A DNA stretch of 64,000 bases from Candidatus Gottesmanbacteria bacterium RIFCSPLOWO2_01_FULL_42_22 (GCA_001779315.1 MFJU01000001.1:6258-70257); one strand, 5' to 3'. Numbered from the stretch's first letter, positions 33,484-43,951 are shown. A program made the numbers and translations. The notes: generated by a model not told the origin, from the sequence alone.

Positions 33484-33981
33484 TTAAATATTGGATTTGG
33501 CAATTTCCTTAATCTTGCGGTCAATCAGAGCTTTCTGCGTGTTTTCAGTGAGAGCTTCTTTTATGACTTTTTCAACAATCTTTTCAGCGATCATAACCGC
33601 TTCGCGCCTTAAATCCTTTGCCAAATCTTCCTTCATTGCCTCAATTTCGCGTTTTCCTTTAGCGATAATTTCCTGAGCCTCCCTTTGGGCTTTTTCCAAC
33701 AATTCTTCTTCCCGTTTTTTGGCAGCCCGTTTGGCTTCTTCAATAATTGTTTTTCCATCACTTCTGGCTCTTACTAGAATCTCATCACGTTTTTTTTCAC
33801 TTTTTTCAAATTCGCTTTTCATTTTATCGCTGTATGACAAACCCTCCTCAATTTTTTTCTTCCTGTCAGCTAAAACCTTCAGAATGGGTTTGTAAAGGAA
33901 TTTTTTCAAAATCAGCAAAAGCAGCAGGAAATTAATTGACTGTAACAGTAATGATATTGGTTGTATGCCTAAATTTTCCAT
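33484..33981 (-). CDS. atpF: ATP synthase Fo b
   Basis: N-terminal TM helix (INFLLL...LYKPI) then coiled coil. Confidence 0.95.
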   Translation of the reverse strand: MENLGIQPISLLLQSINFLLLLLILKKFLYKPILKVLADRKKKIEEGLSYSDKMKSEFEKSEKKRDEILVRARSDGKTIIEEAKRAAKKREEELLEKAQREAQEIIAKGKREIEAMKEDLAKDLRREAVMIAEKIVEKVIKEALTENTQKALIDRKIKEIAKSNI

Positions 33982-34006
33982 AATTTAAATTCCGTTTTAC
34001 TTGCCA

Positions 34007-34267
<261 letters not shown>

Positions 34268-34286
34268 TTAAATTTAATAAATTCTT

Positions 34287-35138
34287 TTAATGTTCTTCAT
34301 GGCTTACGGCCATTGAGAAAAAAACAGCTGCTAAAAGCGGAAAAACCATAGCCTGGATAAGACCGACAAATAATTCCAAACCCAGAAAAGGAATCGGCGC
34401 TAATAAAGGTATCAAAAAAGCGATAACTGTCAGCAGCACTTCTCCGGCAAAAATGTTACCGAATAACCTGAAGGCAAAAGAGACTATTCTGGCAAATTCA
34501 GAAATCAGCTCCAGAATACCGACGACAAAATTAATGGGATTGGAGATATTGAAAAACTTTTTAAGATAGGAAAAACCCAATGCTGACAGACCAGCGTACT
34601 GAACGTAACCGACAGTCATAATCGCCAGAGCCAAAGTCGTGTTCAAATCAGCTGAGCCGGAACGGAACAATGGAATGAATTCGCTGTTTTTAACCGTCTT
34701 TTGATTTTCGGCGGCAGTCGCTGATTCGCCGGCGCTCTTTTCTCCCGCGGTAAACTCGGATGTTGCCGCTACAGCTCTGTTGGAAAAAAGCGCTTCTTTG
34801 CTTTCTTCGTTCTTAGTCAGACCGATGGTGCCCACACCCGGCAGTAAACCGGCCCAATTATTGAAGAAGATAAACAGAAAAAGAGTCATTAAGAAGGGAA
34901 AAAAACGCTGGATATTTTCCTTAAGTATTTCCTCAAATAAATTGTGGATGCCACCGACGGCCATTTCCATAATATTCTGCAAAGTTCCGGGAATCATTTT
35001 AATGTTCCCCGATGTCATCAGAGATAAAAATATCAGAACGGCCATCGAAAACCAGGTAGTCAGCAGGGCATTGGTCACCGGTATACCGAATAATTGAAAT
35101 AATGTCTCTGCTCTTAAAGAAATATGGACTGTAGGCAT
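34287..35138 (-). CDS. atpB: ATP synthase Fo a
   Basis: NWAGLLPG, ADLNTTLALA, FRLFGNIFAGE, LIQA; start at MPTVH. Confidence 0.96.
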   Translation of the reverse strand: MPTVHISLRAETLFQLFGIPVTNALLTTWFSMAVLIFLSLMTSGNIKMIPGTLQNIMEMAVGGIHNLFEEILKENIQRFFPFLMTLFLFIFFNNWAGLLPGVGTIGLTKNEESKEALFSNRAVAATSEFTAGEKSAGESATAAENQKTVKNSEFIPLFRSGSADLNTTLALAIMTVGYVQYAGLSALGFSYLKKFFNISNPINFVVGILELISEFARIVSFAFRLFGNIFAGEVLLTVIAFLIPLLAPIPFLGLELFVGLIQAMVFPLLAAVFFSMAVSHEEH

Positions 35139-35139
35139 A

Positions 35140-35412
35140 TTATTTGTTAAGTAAATCTTTGACGGTTTTATACATAGTATAAAGTCCGATAAATAACCCA
35201 AAAAAAATTAGAGAGAGCGTTATTTTAGGAGCGGAATCAAATTTGTTATCCAAATAGGAGCCTAAAAAGGCTCCGCCGACTAAAGGGACAATTAGAGAAA
35301 AACCTATTCCCGATGCACCGGCAATTATGCCGATTATTTCCGGTTTTTTAAATTTCCCTTTCTCAGGCTTCTTATCCGAATCCGTGTCCCCAGCTGTTAT
35401 ATTTTTTTTCAC
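35140..35412 (-). CDS. AtpZ/AtpI-family ATP synthase accessory membrane protein
   Basis: Two TM helices with G-x-x-LD motif (LGSYLDNKF); first gene of the atp operon. Confidence 0.8.
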   Translation of the reverse strand: MKKNITAGDTDSDKKPEKGKFKKPEIIGIIAGASGIGFSLIVPLVGGAFLGSYLDNKFDSAPKITLSLIFFGLFIGLYTMYKTVKDLLNK

Positions 35413-35432
35413 TCTCTGATTTTAATATCTTA

Positions 35433-35462
35433 ATTTTAGTTTAGACAGTAAGTTTCCGTCAA
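35433..35462 (-). promoter_or_regulatory. Putative atp operon promoter
   Basis: TTGACG-N18-TAAAAT. Confidence 0.55.
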
Positions 35463-35483
35463 GATGCCGCTGCGATGCATCCA

Positions 35484-38400
35484 TCACACCAAAAGTTTGG
35501 CATCATCGACCAAAACTGCCAACCGCTCGTCTTTTTCGCTGACCTTGCCCTTGACCAAAACTACTTTGTCAGTTACCCAGGTAAATTTGGTCCTTTCATA
35601 AACTGTCGGGAAAACTACCAGTTCGATGGAACCGGTAAAGTCGTCTATTTTGACAAAGGCCATTTCCTGGCCGCCCTGCCTGGTGGTGATTTTTTTGACC
35701 TGGGTGACGATGCCGCCGATGACCACCGTTGATTTCACTTCAGAAGCCAGCATATTCAGGCGGTGAGAGACTCTTTTTTCCAGATCATTTATCTGGTTTG
35801 TCAAAGGATGCTCGGTGATATAAAAACCCAAAAACTGTTTTTCAAAAAGCAGCAATTCTTCCTTTGACAGTTCTTCCATTTCCGGAAATACATCAATGAT
35901 TTCCTCGCTTTCAGAAACCTCAAACAGGCTTACCTGTCCCTGGTCTTTTTTCTCCTGGCCTTTATGGACTCTTTCGATTATTTCCGAAAAAGCAGCCAGG
36001 AGAGAGGCACGTTTGCCGAACTGGTCCATCGCCCCTGCTTTGATCAGACTCTCGACCGTTTTACGGTTGACCTTTGAGAGGTCGACCCTTTTTATAAAAT
36101 CGGTAAATGACTTAAAATCTCCGTCTTTCTCGCGGGCTGCCAAAATAGAGTCAATGGCCGCCGTTCCGACATTCTTAATGGCCGACATGCCGAATCTTAT
36201 TTCGCCTTTGTCATCTTTTTCCGCTTCGATTTTAAACTCGACATCGGATTTGTTGATATTGGGACTCATAAGATTGATTTTCATCCGGCGGCATTCAAGA
36301 ATAGCCTGGGCAATCTTTTCATCACGGGAAGGTCCTGAAGCTCCCCGGCTTTCAGCAGCCAAAACCGCTGTCATAAACTCCACCGGATACTTCTGCTTCA
36401 TATAAGCAGTCTGGTAGGCGATTAAGGCATAAGAAGCGGAATGGGCTTTATTGAAACCATAGCCGACAAATTTCTCGATTAAGGAAAAGATATTTTCAGC
36501 CATGCTTACGCTTAAACCGCGGCTGGAACAGCCTTTAATAAATTTCTCCTTTTCCTTTTTCATGACTTCACGCTTTTTCTTGCCGATGGCCATCCGCAGT
36601 TTATCCGCTTCAACCATGGAATAGCCGGCCATTTTATTGGCGATCTGCATACATTGTTCCTGATAGACGGCAATGCCGTAGGTCTCAGCCAGAATCGGTT
36701 TCAAATCCGGATGCAGATATTTGATCTTGCGGGGATTTTCCTTGGCTTCGATAAAAGTGGGAATCCATTCCATCGGACCGGGGCGGAAAAGTGCTACCAT
36801 GGCTGAAATATCGGTAAATTTAGTCGGTTTTAAATCACGGGCTAATCTTCTCATGCCGGCTGATTCCATCTGGAAGATACCGGTTGTTTCACCGGAAGAA
36901 ATGAGTGTATAGACTGCCGGATCATTCAACGCCAGCACACTTAAATCAATTTCTATATTTTTTGTGGCTTTGACGAATCTAATGGCATTTTCCAGAATAG
37001 TCAGGTTTCTTAAACCTAACAGATCCATTTTAAGCAGTCCGACCGCTTTCCCTTCAGCCGCATTCAGGTCCAGACAGTACATGTCATATTGGGTAATAAT
37101 CCTTTGTCCCTTGGTCTCTCTTTGTAAAGGGGTGTATTCCGTCAGTTTCTTATCGGAGATGACCACCCCGGCCGCGTGAACTGAGGCATGGCGGGCTACC
37201 CCTTCCAATTTTCTGGCCTGGTCAATCAGTTTTTTGGTCTCCGGTTCATTTTGATATGCCTGGGACAATTCCGGCTGTGTTTGTACAGCCTTGTCAATAG
37301 TCATCGGAAAACCCTGGGCTCCCGGCGGTATAAGTTTGGCAATCCTGTCAGGTTGGGCATAAGGCATACCTAAAGCCCGCCCGACATCGCGGATGGCTGC
37401 CCTGGCCTCCATGGTACCGAAAGTAATTATTTGGGCAACCCGGTCATTGCCGTATTTTTCGGTGACGTAGGCGATAACTTCATCGCGCCGGGTATCGGCA
37501 AAATCCAGATCGATATCAGGAGGCGAAGGACGGTCAGGATTTAAAAATCTTTCAAACGGTAGGGAATGACGGATCGGATCAAGCTCGGTAATACCTGTTG
37601 AATAGGCCACTAGGCTGCCGGCAGCTGAACCCCGTCCCGGCCCGACCCCAATCCCCTGTCTTTTGGCCCAATTGACGAAATCAGCCACGATCAGAAAATA
37701 GGTCGAGTACCCCTTGACGGTAATGATGTTAAGTTCATAATCCAGCCTTTTTTTAAGTTCTTCCCTCATTTCGCTGTAGCGCTGTCTCATGCCTTCCAGA
37801 GCCGTTTTTCTCAAAAATGTTTCTGCTGTTTCACCCTCCGGTACTTCAAATTGAGGCAGGATCCATTTGCCCAATTCAATTTCTACATTGCACTTCTCGG
37901 CTATTTTGACCGTATTCTCGATCGCTTCCGGATATTGGATGAACAATCCCTTCATTTCTTCCCGGCTTTTCATATAAAAATCAGGTGAATTAAGCATGGA
38001 GAGAGGTCTTTTGGATTCCAGCATGGTATGCTGAGTCTGGATGCACAACAGGATTTCCTGGGTGTAGGCGTCATCGGGCATTATATAATGTATATCGTTG
38101 GTAGCGACCAGAGGCACTCCCAGCTTCCTTGAAAGCCCAATCATTTTTTCATTGACCGAATCCTGCTCGGGAATATTGGGATGTTTCTGGAGCTCAAAAT
38201 AGTAATCTTGGCCAAATATCTCCAAAAATTCCCTGGCCTTCTTTTCAGCTGTTTCTTCCTGCCTGTTTAAAAGAAGACTGGGCACCTGGCCGTTTAAACA
38301 GCCGGAAAGACAAATTAAACCTTCGCTGTGTTCTCTCAGAATTTCCAAATCGATGCGGGGCTTGTAGTAATAGCCTTCGAGATGGGCATGGCTGACCAGC

Positions 38401-38711
38401 TTCATCAGGTTGTGGTAACCGCTGTTGTTTTTAGCTAGAAGTAAAAGGTGATGCTGGTCGTTGTCAGCCCCGTTCTGTTTTTCCAGTCTGGAGCGGGCTG
38501 CCTGATAGGCTTCCACACCGATAATAGGTTTGATCCCGGCTTCGCGGGCCGCCAGAAAAAATTTAATCACCCCGTACATCGCCCCGTGGTCAGTAATGGC
38601 CAGGGATTTCATGCCTAATTCACGGGTGCGGGCCATCAAATCCTTAATCTTGGCTAATCCGTCCAGCAGCGAATATTCCGTATGTGTGTGCAGGTGTACA
38701 AAATCAGACAT
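35484..38711 (-). CDS. dnaE: DNA polymerase III alpha subunit
   Basis: HLHTHTEYSLLDG, GRGSAAGS, PDIDLDF, GYGFNKAH, C-terminal OB fold. Confidence 0.98.
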   Translation of the reverse strand: MSDFVHLHTHTEYSLLDGLAKIKDLMARTRELGMKSLAITDHGAMYGVIKFFLAAREAGIKPIIGVEAYQAARSRLEKQNGADNDQHHLLLLAKNNSGYHNLMKLVSHAHLEGYYYKPRIDLEILREHSEGLICLSGCLNGQVPSLLLNRQEETAEKKAREFLEIFGQDYYFELQKHPNIPEQDSVNEKMIGLSRKLGVPLVATNDIHYIMPDDAYTQEILLCIQTQHTMLESKRPLSMLNSPDFYMKSREEMKGLFIQYPEAIENTVKIAEKCNVEIELGKWILPQFEVPEGETAETFLRKTALEGMRQRYSEMREELKKRLDYELNIITVKGYSTYFLIVADFVNWAKRQGIGVGPGRGSAAGSLVAYSTGITELDPIRHSLPFERFLNPDRPSPPDIDLDFADTRRDEVIAYVTEKYGNDRVAQIITFGTMEARAAIRDVGRALGMPYAQPDRIAKLIPPGAQGFPMTIDKAVQTQPELSQAYQNEPETKKLIDQARKLEGVARHASVHAAGVVISDKKLTEYTPLQRETKGQRIITQYDMYCLDLNAAEGKAVGLLKMDLLGLRNLTILENAIRFVKATKNIEIDLSVLALNDPAVYTLISSGETTGIFQMESAGMRRLARDLKPTKFTDISAMVALFRPGPMEWIPTFIEAKENPRKIKYLHPDLKPILAETYGIAVYQEQCMQIANKMAGYSMVEADKLRMAIGKKKREVMKKEKEKFIKGCSSRGLSVSMAENIFSLIEKFVGYGFNKAHSASYALIAYQTAYMKQKYPVEFMTAVLAAESRGASGPSRDEKIAQAILECRRMKINLMSPNINKSDVEFKIEAEKDDKGEIRFGMSAIKNVGTAAIDSILAAREKDGDFKSFTDFIKRVDLSKVNRKTVESLIKAGAMDQFGKRASLLAAFSEIIERVHKGQEKKDQGQVSLFEVSESEEIIDVFPEMEELSKEELLLFEKQFLGFYITEHPLTNQINDLEKRVSHRLNMLASEVKSTVVIGGIVTQVKKITTRQGGQEMAFVKIDDFTGSIELVVFPTVYERTKFTWVTDKVVLVKGKVSEKDERLAVLVDDAKLLV

Positions 38712-38712
38712 G

Positions 38713-39477
38713 TTACATTTTTATTACCGGAAATTCAGACTGCCAGGCTATTACCTTGTTTCTGCCTCCTGATGTAGCTAATGCTGACGGCCATTCCCCT
38801 TTAGCTACATAGAGTGCCGAATCTGCCCTACTTAGGATAGATCTTAGATCATCCTCCTTTCTAACAACAGTATATCCGATACTGGCAGTGATAGGTTCTG
38901 GAATCTTAACTCCCTCAATTTTGGATGCCAACTCAGATTCTATTGTTTGACGAAGTCTTTCCAACGCAACCATTCCCCCATCTTCTCCTGTATTGGAAAG
39001 AACTGCAGCAAATTCCTCTCCGCCTAATCTAGCGACGGCATCTGTTACCCGTAATGTTTCCCCTATAATTTGTGAAAATTTTTTTAAGACTTCATCCCCT
39101 ATTGCGTGACCGTAATTTGTATTAAATTGCTTAAAATGATCAAGATCAATCATCGCTATCACAAGAGGTTCGCTTGTTCTTTCGGCATGAGATTTCATCA
39201 TTTCCACAATTTTTTCGAAGCCACGTCTGTTCCAAACTGCCGTTAATTCATCGGTAGTACCCTTCATGATTAACAATGATAAATGATCCGCCAATGCCTG
39301 AGCTACTACCTCAATAGGCAACTGATCATTTTTTACAGATTGCAATAGTGAAATCATATTTTGCGCTATTTCACTGCTCTCAATTTGTCGATGTCTTTCC
39401 AGATTTAAAGGTATATTAATTGTTGCTTCTTTTGTACGTCTTTGAAGATATTGAAAATATTCCGTTCCATTATCCAT
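38713..39477 (-). CDS. GGDEF diguanylate cyclase
   Basis: DELTAVWNRR, DLDHFKQFNTNYGHAIGD, RVTD I-site, GGEEF. Confidence 0.92.
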   Translation of the reverse strand: MDNGTEYFQYLQRRTKEATINIPLNLERHRQIESSEIAQNMISLLQSVKNDQLPIEVVAQALADHLSLLIMKGTTDELTAVWNRRGFEKIVEMMKSHAERTSEPLVIAMIDLDHFKQFNTNYGHAIGDEVLKKFSQIIGETLRVTDAVARLGGEEFAAVLSNTGEDGGMVALERLRQTIESELASKIEGVKIPEPITASIGYTVVRKEDDLRSILSRADSALYVAKGEWPSALATSGGRNKVIAWQSEFPVIKM

Positions 39478-39484
39478 TAAGAGA

Positions 39485-40861
39485 TCATTTTAGCTTGTTT
39501 TCGAGGATTTTACGAGTGGTGGTGGCATCTGCACGACCATGAGATTGCCGCATGACCTGGCCTAAAAGAAACATTATGGCTGATTCTTTGCCGGCTTTGT
39601 AATCGACAACGGCTTTGGAATTGACAGCTAAGACTTTATTTATCACCTCCTCCAAATCTTTTTCGGACATGGGCAACTTTTGAGTCTTTGCTTGTATAAG
39701 ATTAACGAGTCCTTCCGGTGATAATTTGCTGATATCGGCCTTTTTATTGATGATCCAGTTGGCGACTGTTTTTGCAGGGATAGTTTTAGATTTGACGGCT
39801 TTTTCAAAATAATCCGCCGTTTTCTTGTCTTCGGTCAAGACTGTTGCATCGTATTCCGACAATCCATATTCTTTTATAAAGCGAGCAATCCTTGTATCCG
39901 GCAGTTCAGGAATTAGAGCTTTGAAATTTGAGATTTGAGACTTAGACCAGCGGATGGGAGGAATGTCCGGTTCCGGGAAGTAGCGGTAATCCTGGGCTTC
40001 TTCCTTGGACCTTTGGGAAAAAGTGACGCCTTTTTTTTCATCCCAGCCGCGGGTTTCCTGCTGCGGGTACTTACCTGTTTCCAAAATAGCAATATGTCTG
40101 TCCGTTTCGAAATCAATGGCTTTTTTGGCAAAAGAAAAAGAATTGATATTTTTGACTTCGACTTTATAAGGAGGCAATTTTTGAATTTTGTCCCGATTTA
40201 ATCGGGATTGAATTTTTTGGACTGATATATTCGGCTCCAATCTCATCGAGCCTTTTTCCATATCGGCATCGGAAATTTCCAGATAGCGGATAATCTGGTG
40301 CAGTTTTTTAAGGAAAATCCTGGCTTCCTCGCTTGACCGGATATCCGCTTCGGTGACGATTTCAACCAGAGGCACACCGCTGCGGTTGAAATCAATCAAA
40401 GAAACTTTCTTACTTGCCCCTCGTAGCCCGGAGGGCGAAGTGGGGTCGTCAACAGTCGCATGCATCAATTTACCGGTATCTTCCTCAAGATGGACGCGGG
40501 TTATGCCGATCCGCTTTTTTTCATTGCCGACTGTTATATCCAGAAAACCGCGGACGGCAAAAGGCTGATCATATTGGGAAATCTGGTAGCCTTTTGGCAA
40601 ATCAGGATAGAAATAATTCTTGCGGTCAAATTTGGAAAACAAAGGTATCTCGCAATTCAGAGCCAGTCCCAGTAAAACAGCCCATTCGACCGCCTTCCGG
40701 TTGGGAACCGGCAAAGCTCCCGGCAATCCCAGACAGACAGGACAGGTATAAATATTGGGTTTATCGGCACCGAAAGGGTCGTTTTTACAGCCGCAAAACA
40801 TCTTGGAGACGGTCTTGAGCTCCACATGAATTTCCATCCCGATAATTGGTTTATAATACAT
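39485..40861 (-). CDS. gatB: Asp/Glu-tRNA amidotransferase subunit B
   Basis: IGMEIHVEL, RKNYFYPDLPKGYQISQ, HLEEDTGK, DYRYFPEPD. Confidence 0.97.
   Translation of the reverse strand: MYYKPIIGMEIHVELKTVSKMFCGCKNDPFGADKPNIYTCPVCLGLPGALPVPNRKAVEWAVLLGLALNCEIPLFSKFDRKNYFYPDLPKGYQISQYDQPFAVRGFLDITVGNEKKRIGITRVHLEEDTGKLMHATVDDPTSPSGLRGASKKVSLIDFNRSGVPLVEIVTEADIRSSEEARIFLKKLHQIIRYLEISDADMEKGSMRLEPNISVQKIQSRLNRDKIQKLPPYKVEVKNINSFSFAKKAIDFETDRHIAILETGKYPQQETRGWDEKKGVTFSQRSKEEAQDYRYFPEPDIPPIRWSKSQISNFKALIPELPDTRIARFIKEYGLSEYDATVLTEDKKTADYFEKAVKSKTIPAKTVANWIINKKADISKLSPEGLVNLIQAKTQKLPMSEKDLEEVINKVLAVNSKAVVDYKAGKESAIMFLLGQVMRQSHGRADATTTRKILENKLK
40181..40216. repeat. CCCGAT-N3-ATCGGG palindrome in gatB, flanked by 9 bp direct repeats
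   Basis: TTGAATTTT-GTCCCGATTTAATCGGGA-TTGAATTTT; encodes KIQ-SRLNRD-KIQ. Confidence 0.7.
40412..40444 (-). repeat. 33 bp GC-rich in-frame insertion in gatB (PTSPSGLRGAS)
   Basis: CCCACTTCGCCCTCCGGGCTACGAGGGGCAAGT lies between conserved GKLMH and SLIDFNR. Confidence 0.65.
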
Positions 40862-40862
40862 A

Positions 40863-42275
40863 TTAAGAAATAATATCCGGTTTCTGTTTATGCCATTCGG
40901 TTACCTGCTGGTATTGATGCCCGATATTGAGAAGCAATTCTTCCGTAAACATTTTTCCGATCAGTTGCATGCCAATCGGCAGTTTGTCTTTGGTAAAGCC
41001 GCATGGTACTGCCAACGAAGGAACTCCGACGGGATTCTGGGTGACTGTATAAAAATCTGCCAATAAATTCTGCAATGGATCACTCATTAGTTCACCGATG
41101 ACCGTCGGCGGGGTGGGATTGACCGGCATTAAGATAGCGTCATATTTTGAGAGGATATCCTGATAAGCTTTGATGAACAAAGTTCTGGCTTTCTGGGCTT
41201 TCCGGTAAAAAGCGTCATAATAACCGGCTGATAAGGCATAGGTTCCGATCATGATCCGCCTAATGGTTTCTTCCGTAAATTTTGACCTGTCAAATCCATA
41301 TCTAATACCATCATATCTGGCCAAATTAGAACTGGTTTCGCAGGGAGCGATTACGTAATAAACTGCCAAACCGTAATCAAAAATTGGCATAGTCACTTCC
41401 TCGATTTCAGCTCCGATTTCGGCAAATTTATTTACTGCTTTCAAAATCGCGTTTTTGATTTCAACGTCAAGACCTTTACCAAGTAAATCTTTAGGGAGGG
41501 CAATTTTTCTGCCCTTGAGGGGTTTATTTAAAAATGAGGTATATTTCGGCACGGACGCAGGGGAACTAGTGGCATCATATGGGTCTTTGCCGGCAATTCT
41601 TTCCAAAATGACCGCACAATCTTCCGCGGACTTTCCCATCGGACCAATCGTATCAAAAGATGAAGCATAGGCTATAGCTCCATATCTGGAAACACGTCCG
41701 CAAGTAACTTTCAAACCCGTGATATTACACCAGGCAGCCGGATTCCTGATGGATCCGCCTGTATCTTCGCCTATGGCAAAGACAGTCATCCTTCCGGAAA
41801 TTGCCGCTGCCGGACCTCCGCTTGAGCCTCCGGCCACACGCTTTAAATCCCAGGGATTATGGGTCGGACCAAAATCGGTATTTTCCGTACTGCCGCCATG
41901 TCCCCAGGCATCCTGATTCATTTTACCGATTAAAAGAGCTCCCAAATCTAGCAGTTTTTTATAAACAGTCGCGTCATATTGAGGTATGTAATCAGCTAAA
42001 ACATTTGAAGCACAGGTTGTTCTGATACCGCGGGTTACATAGACATCTTTTAGGACAAAGGGCATGCCTGTCAGTAAATCAAATTCTTTCTTTCCGTTAT
42101 CCGTTTGACGCGCTTTATCCAAAACAGTTTTTTTATCAACAATTGTTATCGCAGAATTAATTCTGGAATCGTACTTTTCAATATTCCCATATGTTTCTTT
42201 AATTAATTCCTCACAGGAAAATTCCTTTTTCCGCAGTCCGAGATGAATTTCTTTAATTGATTTATCAGTTATCAT
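40863..42275 (-). CDS. gatA: Asp/Glu-tRNA amidotransferase subunit A
   Basis: Amidase signature GGSSGG, DTGGSIRNPA, SSNLARYDG. Confidence 0.97.
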   Translation of the reverse strand: MITDKSIKEIHLGLRKKEFSCEELIKETYGNIEKYDSRINSAITIVDKKTVLDKARQTDNGKKEFDLLTGMPFVLKDVYVTRGIRTTCASNVLADYIPQYDATVYKKLLDLGALLIGKMNQDAWGHGGSTENTDFGPTHNPWDLKRVAGGSSGGPAAAISGRMTVFAIGEDTGGSIRNPAAWCNITGLKVTCGRVSRYGAIAYASSFDTIGPMGKSAEDCAVILERIAGKDPYDATSSPASVPKYTSFLNKPLKGRKIALPKDLLGKGLDVEIKNAILKAVNKFAEIGAEIEEVTMPIFDYGLAVYYVIAPCETSSNLARYDGIRYGFDRSKFTEETIRRIMIGTYALSAGYYDAFYRKAQKARTLFIKAYQDILSKYDAILMPVNPTPPTVIGELMSDPLQNLLADFYTVTQNPVGVPSLAVPCGFTKDKLPIGMQLIGKMFTEELLLNIGHQYQQVTEWHKQKPDIIS

Positions 42276-42586
42276 TCTTCTTCAAAAATGGCTTTAACCA
42301 TAAAATAACCGTTGTGCTTGTCTTTGGCGTTTGACAGAGCTTCTTCCTGGGTCAACATGCGTTCATTATCAACAATATCTTCCCTGAAAACATTTTCTTG
42401 TCCGGTCACCTGCGCGGTTTCTTCAATATTAGCTGTATTTAAGGATTGAAGTTGGGATACGTAAGATAAGATGGATGATACGCTATCTGCCAGTTTCTTG
42501 ATTTGTTCCTCATTAAGACTTAAATTTGCCAGTTTTGCCAATTTATAAATTTCTTCCGGAGTAAGTTTGGTGTTCTTATCAGCCAT
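42272..42586 (-). CDS. gatC: Asp/Glu-tRNA amidotransferase subunit C
   Basis: LAKLANL, NVFRED, ALSNA..GYFMVK. Confidence 0.94.
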   Translation of the reverse strand: MADKNTKLTPEEIYKLAKLANLSLNEEQIKKLADSVSSILSYVSQLQSLNTANIEETAQVTGQENVFREDIVDNERMLTQEEALSNAKDKHNGYFMVKAIFEEE

Positions 42587-42618
42587 AATAATTACGTATA
42601 GTTTATTATAATATTTTT

Positions 42619-43905
42619 TCAGTCTCCGATCATACCGGAAAGATAGCAGAATCTGTCGATCAACTGCTGAATGTCATCTCCCGTGTATCCTTCGTTCATT
42701 TTTAAATCGTGTCCGATAACTGCCAAAGTCATGGCTGCTTCTTCCCTTAATGTCCGTCCGCTGATGACTTTTTTAATATCCAAGCCGGCGGCATATTTTT
42801 TTAGATTGACATCACCGCTGTCAGCAGATGTAATTACTAACACGGTCACGTTTTTCTTCACCACTATGTTCACCAGCTGTTTTTTCCAATCTATCGGGGC
42901 AGTCCCACTGCCTCTGGCCTTTATAATAAAAATTCGCTTTCCCTTGTTATACAGAAGCGGAATTATTTGGCTGTCATTATCAACGGAGACGATATGAGCC
43001 AATTTAAAAGCTTTTTCCAGTCTGTCAAAAGTTGTCTCCCGGAAATAAAACCTGGATAAATAAGGGAATATTTCCATATTTTTTATTCTTTCGTACAAAT
43101 CATCACACAATGATGTTTTGAATATCCTATTATTTACAATTTGCAGGATTGCACCGGAATTTGGTGAATGAAAAATACCGTCAGAATGAAGTTTGACGGT
43201 ACCCAATCCCGGAAGAATTTCGATTACCTGATTTTGATCCTTACGAATAGCCGTAACTATGTAAACTCCGCCGTGTAACTGTTTTTCCAACCCCGTATAT
43301 ATGCCGCCGGTAATATTGGAGATTGCCAAAGAGTCTTCTACGTAACCGGATTCGGAAGAACCAATGAAAATGACTTTCTTTTTTGAAGCATATAAGTAGG
43401 GGGACAGCATCACCGCAAACAAGCAGGCCTTATTAGCCAAAGTATCTGTCCCCTGTGAGATGATTAAATTTTCAACCTGGCTCAATTCATTGATTGAAAA
43501 ATGTAATGAGGCTATGAAATGAGAGAAATTTTCCTGACCGGAGTCGAAACTGCTGATTCTGGCGGATTTCCGGAACTTTAAATCAACCCAGGGAATTTTA
43601 ATGTCTTTACCCTGGGTAAAAGTCCAGGGAAAAAGATGGCCTAAATTATCGGTCCTGATGACATTTTTTAGAATTAGTTTATTTATTTGTAAGGTATTTT
43701 TGCCTATAGTTTTCTCAATCGTTAAAGGATGCGGTGAAGGACTCAATTTGTTTAATTCGTTTTTTAGGGAATCAATTGTTCCCCCCTGGGCAATAAAGGT
43801 GAAAGAAGACTTTAAGATGTCTTTTTGTATTTCAAAATAATTTTTCCAGTTAGCGATGGACTTCCAAACTCTGCTGTCCAAAGATTTCTTCTGTTTAACG
43901 CCCAT
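42619..43905 (-). CDS. Divergent asparaginase/glutaminase-family protein
   Basis: AQGGTID and SQGTDTL correspond to asparaginase TGGTI and HGTDT; GSG and YAAG in the C-terminal domain. Confidence 0.7.
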   Translation of the reverse strand: MGVKQKKSLDSRVWKSIANWKNYFEIQKDILKSSFTFIAQGGTIDSLKNELNKLSPSPHPLTIEKTIGKNTLQINKLILKNVIRTDNLGHLFPWTFTQGKDIKIPWVDLKFRKSARISSFDSGQENFSHFIASLHFSINELSQVENLIISQGTDTLANKACLFAVMLSPYLYASKKKVIFIGSSESGYVEDSLAISNITGGIYTGLEKQLHGGVYIVTAIRKDQNQVIEILPGLGTVKLHSDGIFHSPNSGAILQIVNNRIFKTSLCDDLYERIKNMEIFPYLSRFYFRETTFDRLEKAFKLAHIVSVDNDSQIIPLLYNKGKRIFIIKARGSGTAPIDWKKQLVNIVVKKNVTVLVITSADSGDVNLKKYAAGLDIKKVISGRTLREEAAMTLAVIGHDLKMNEGYTGDDIQQLIDRFCYLSGMIGD

Positions 43906-43951
43906 AGTAATTTTTTGGACAGGGAATAGCCTATTATATCAATCTAAAGAA

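Noticed and set aside
35484-38711. Intein or split in dnaE
   Set aside because: Normal length, continuous motifs, no intein signatures
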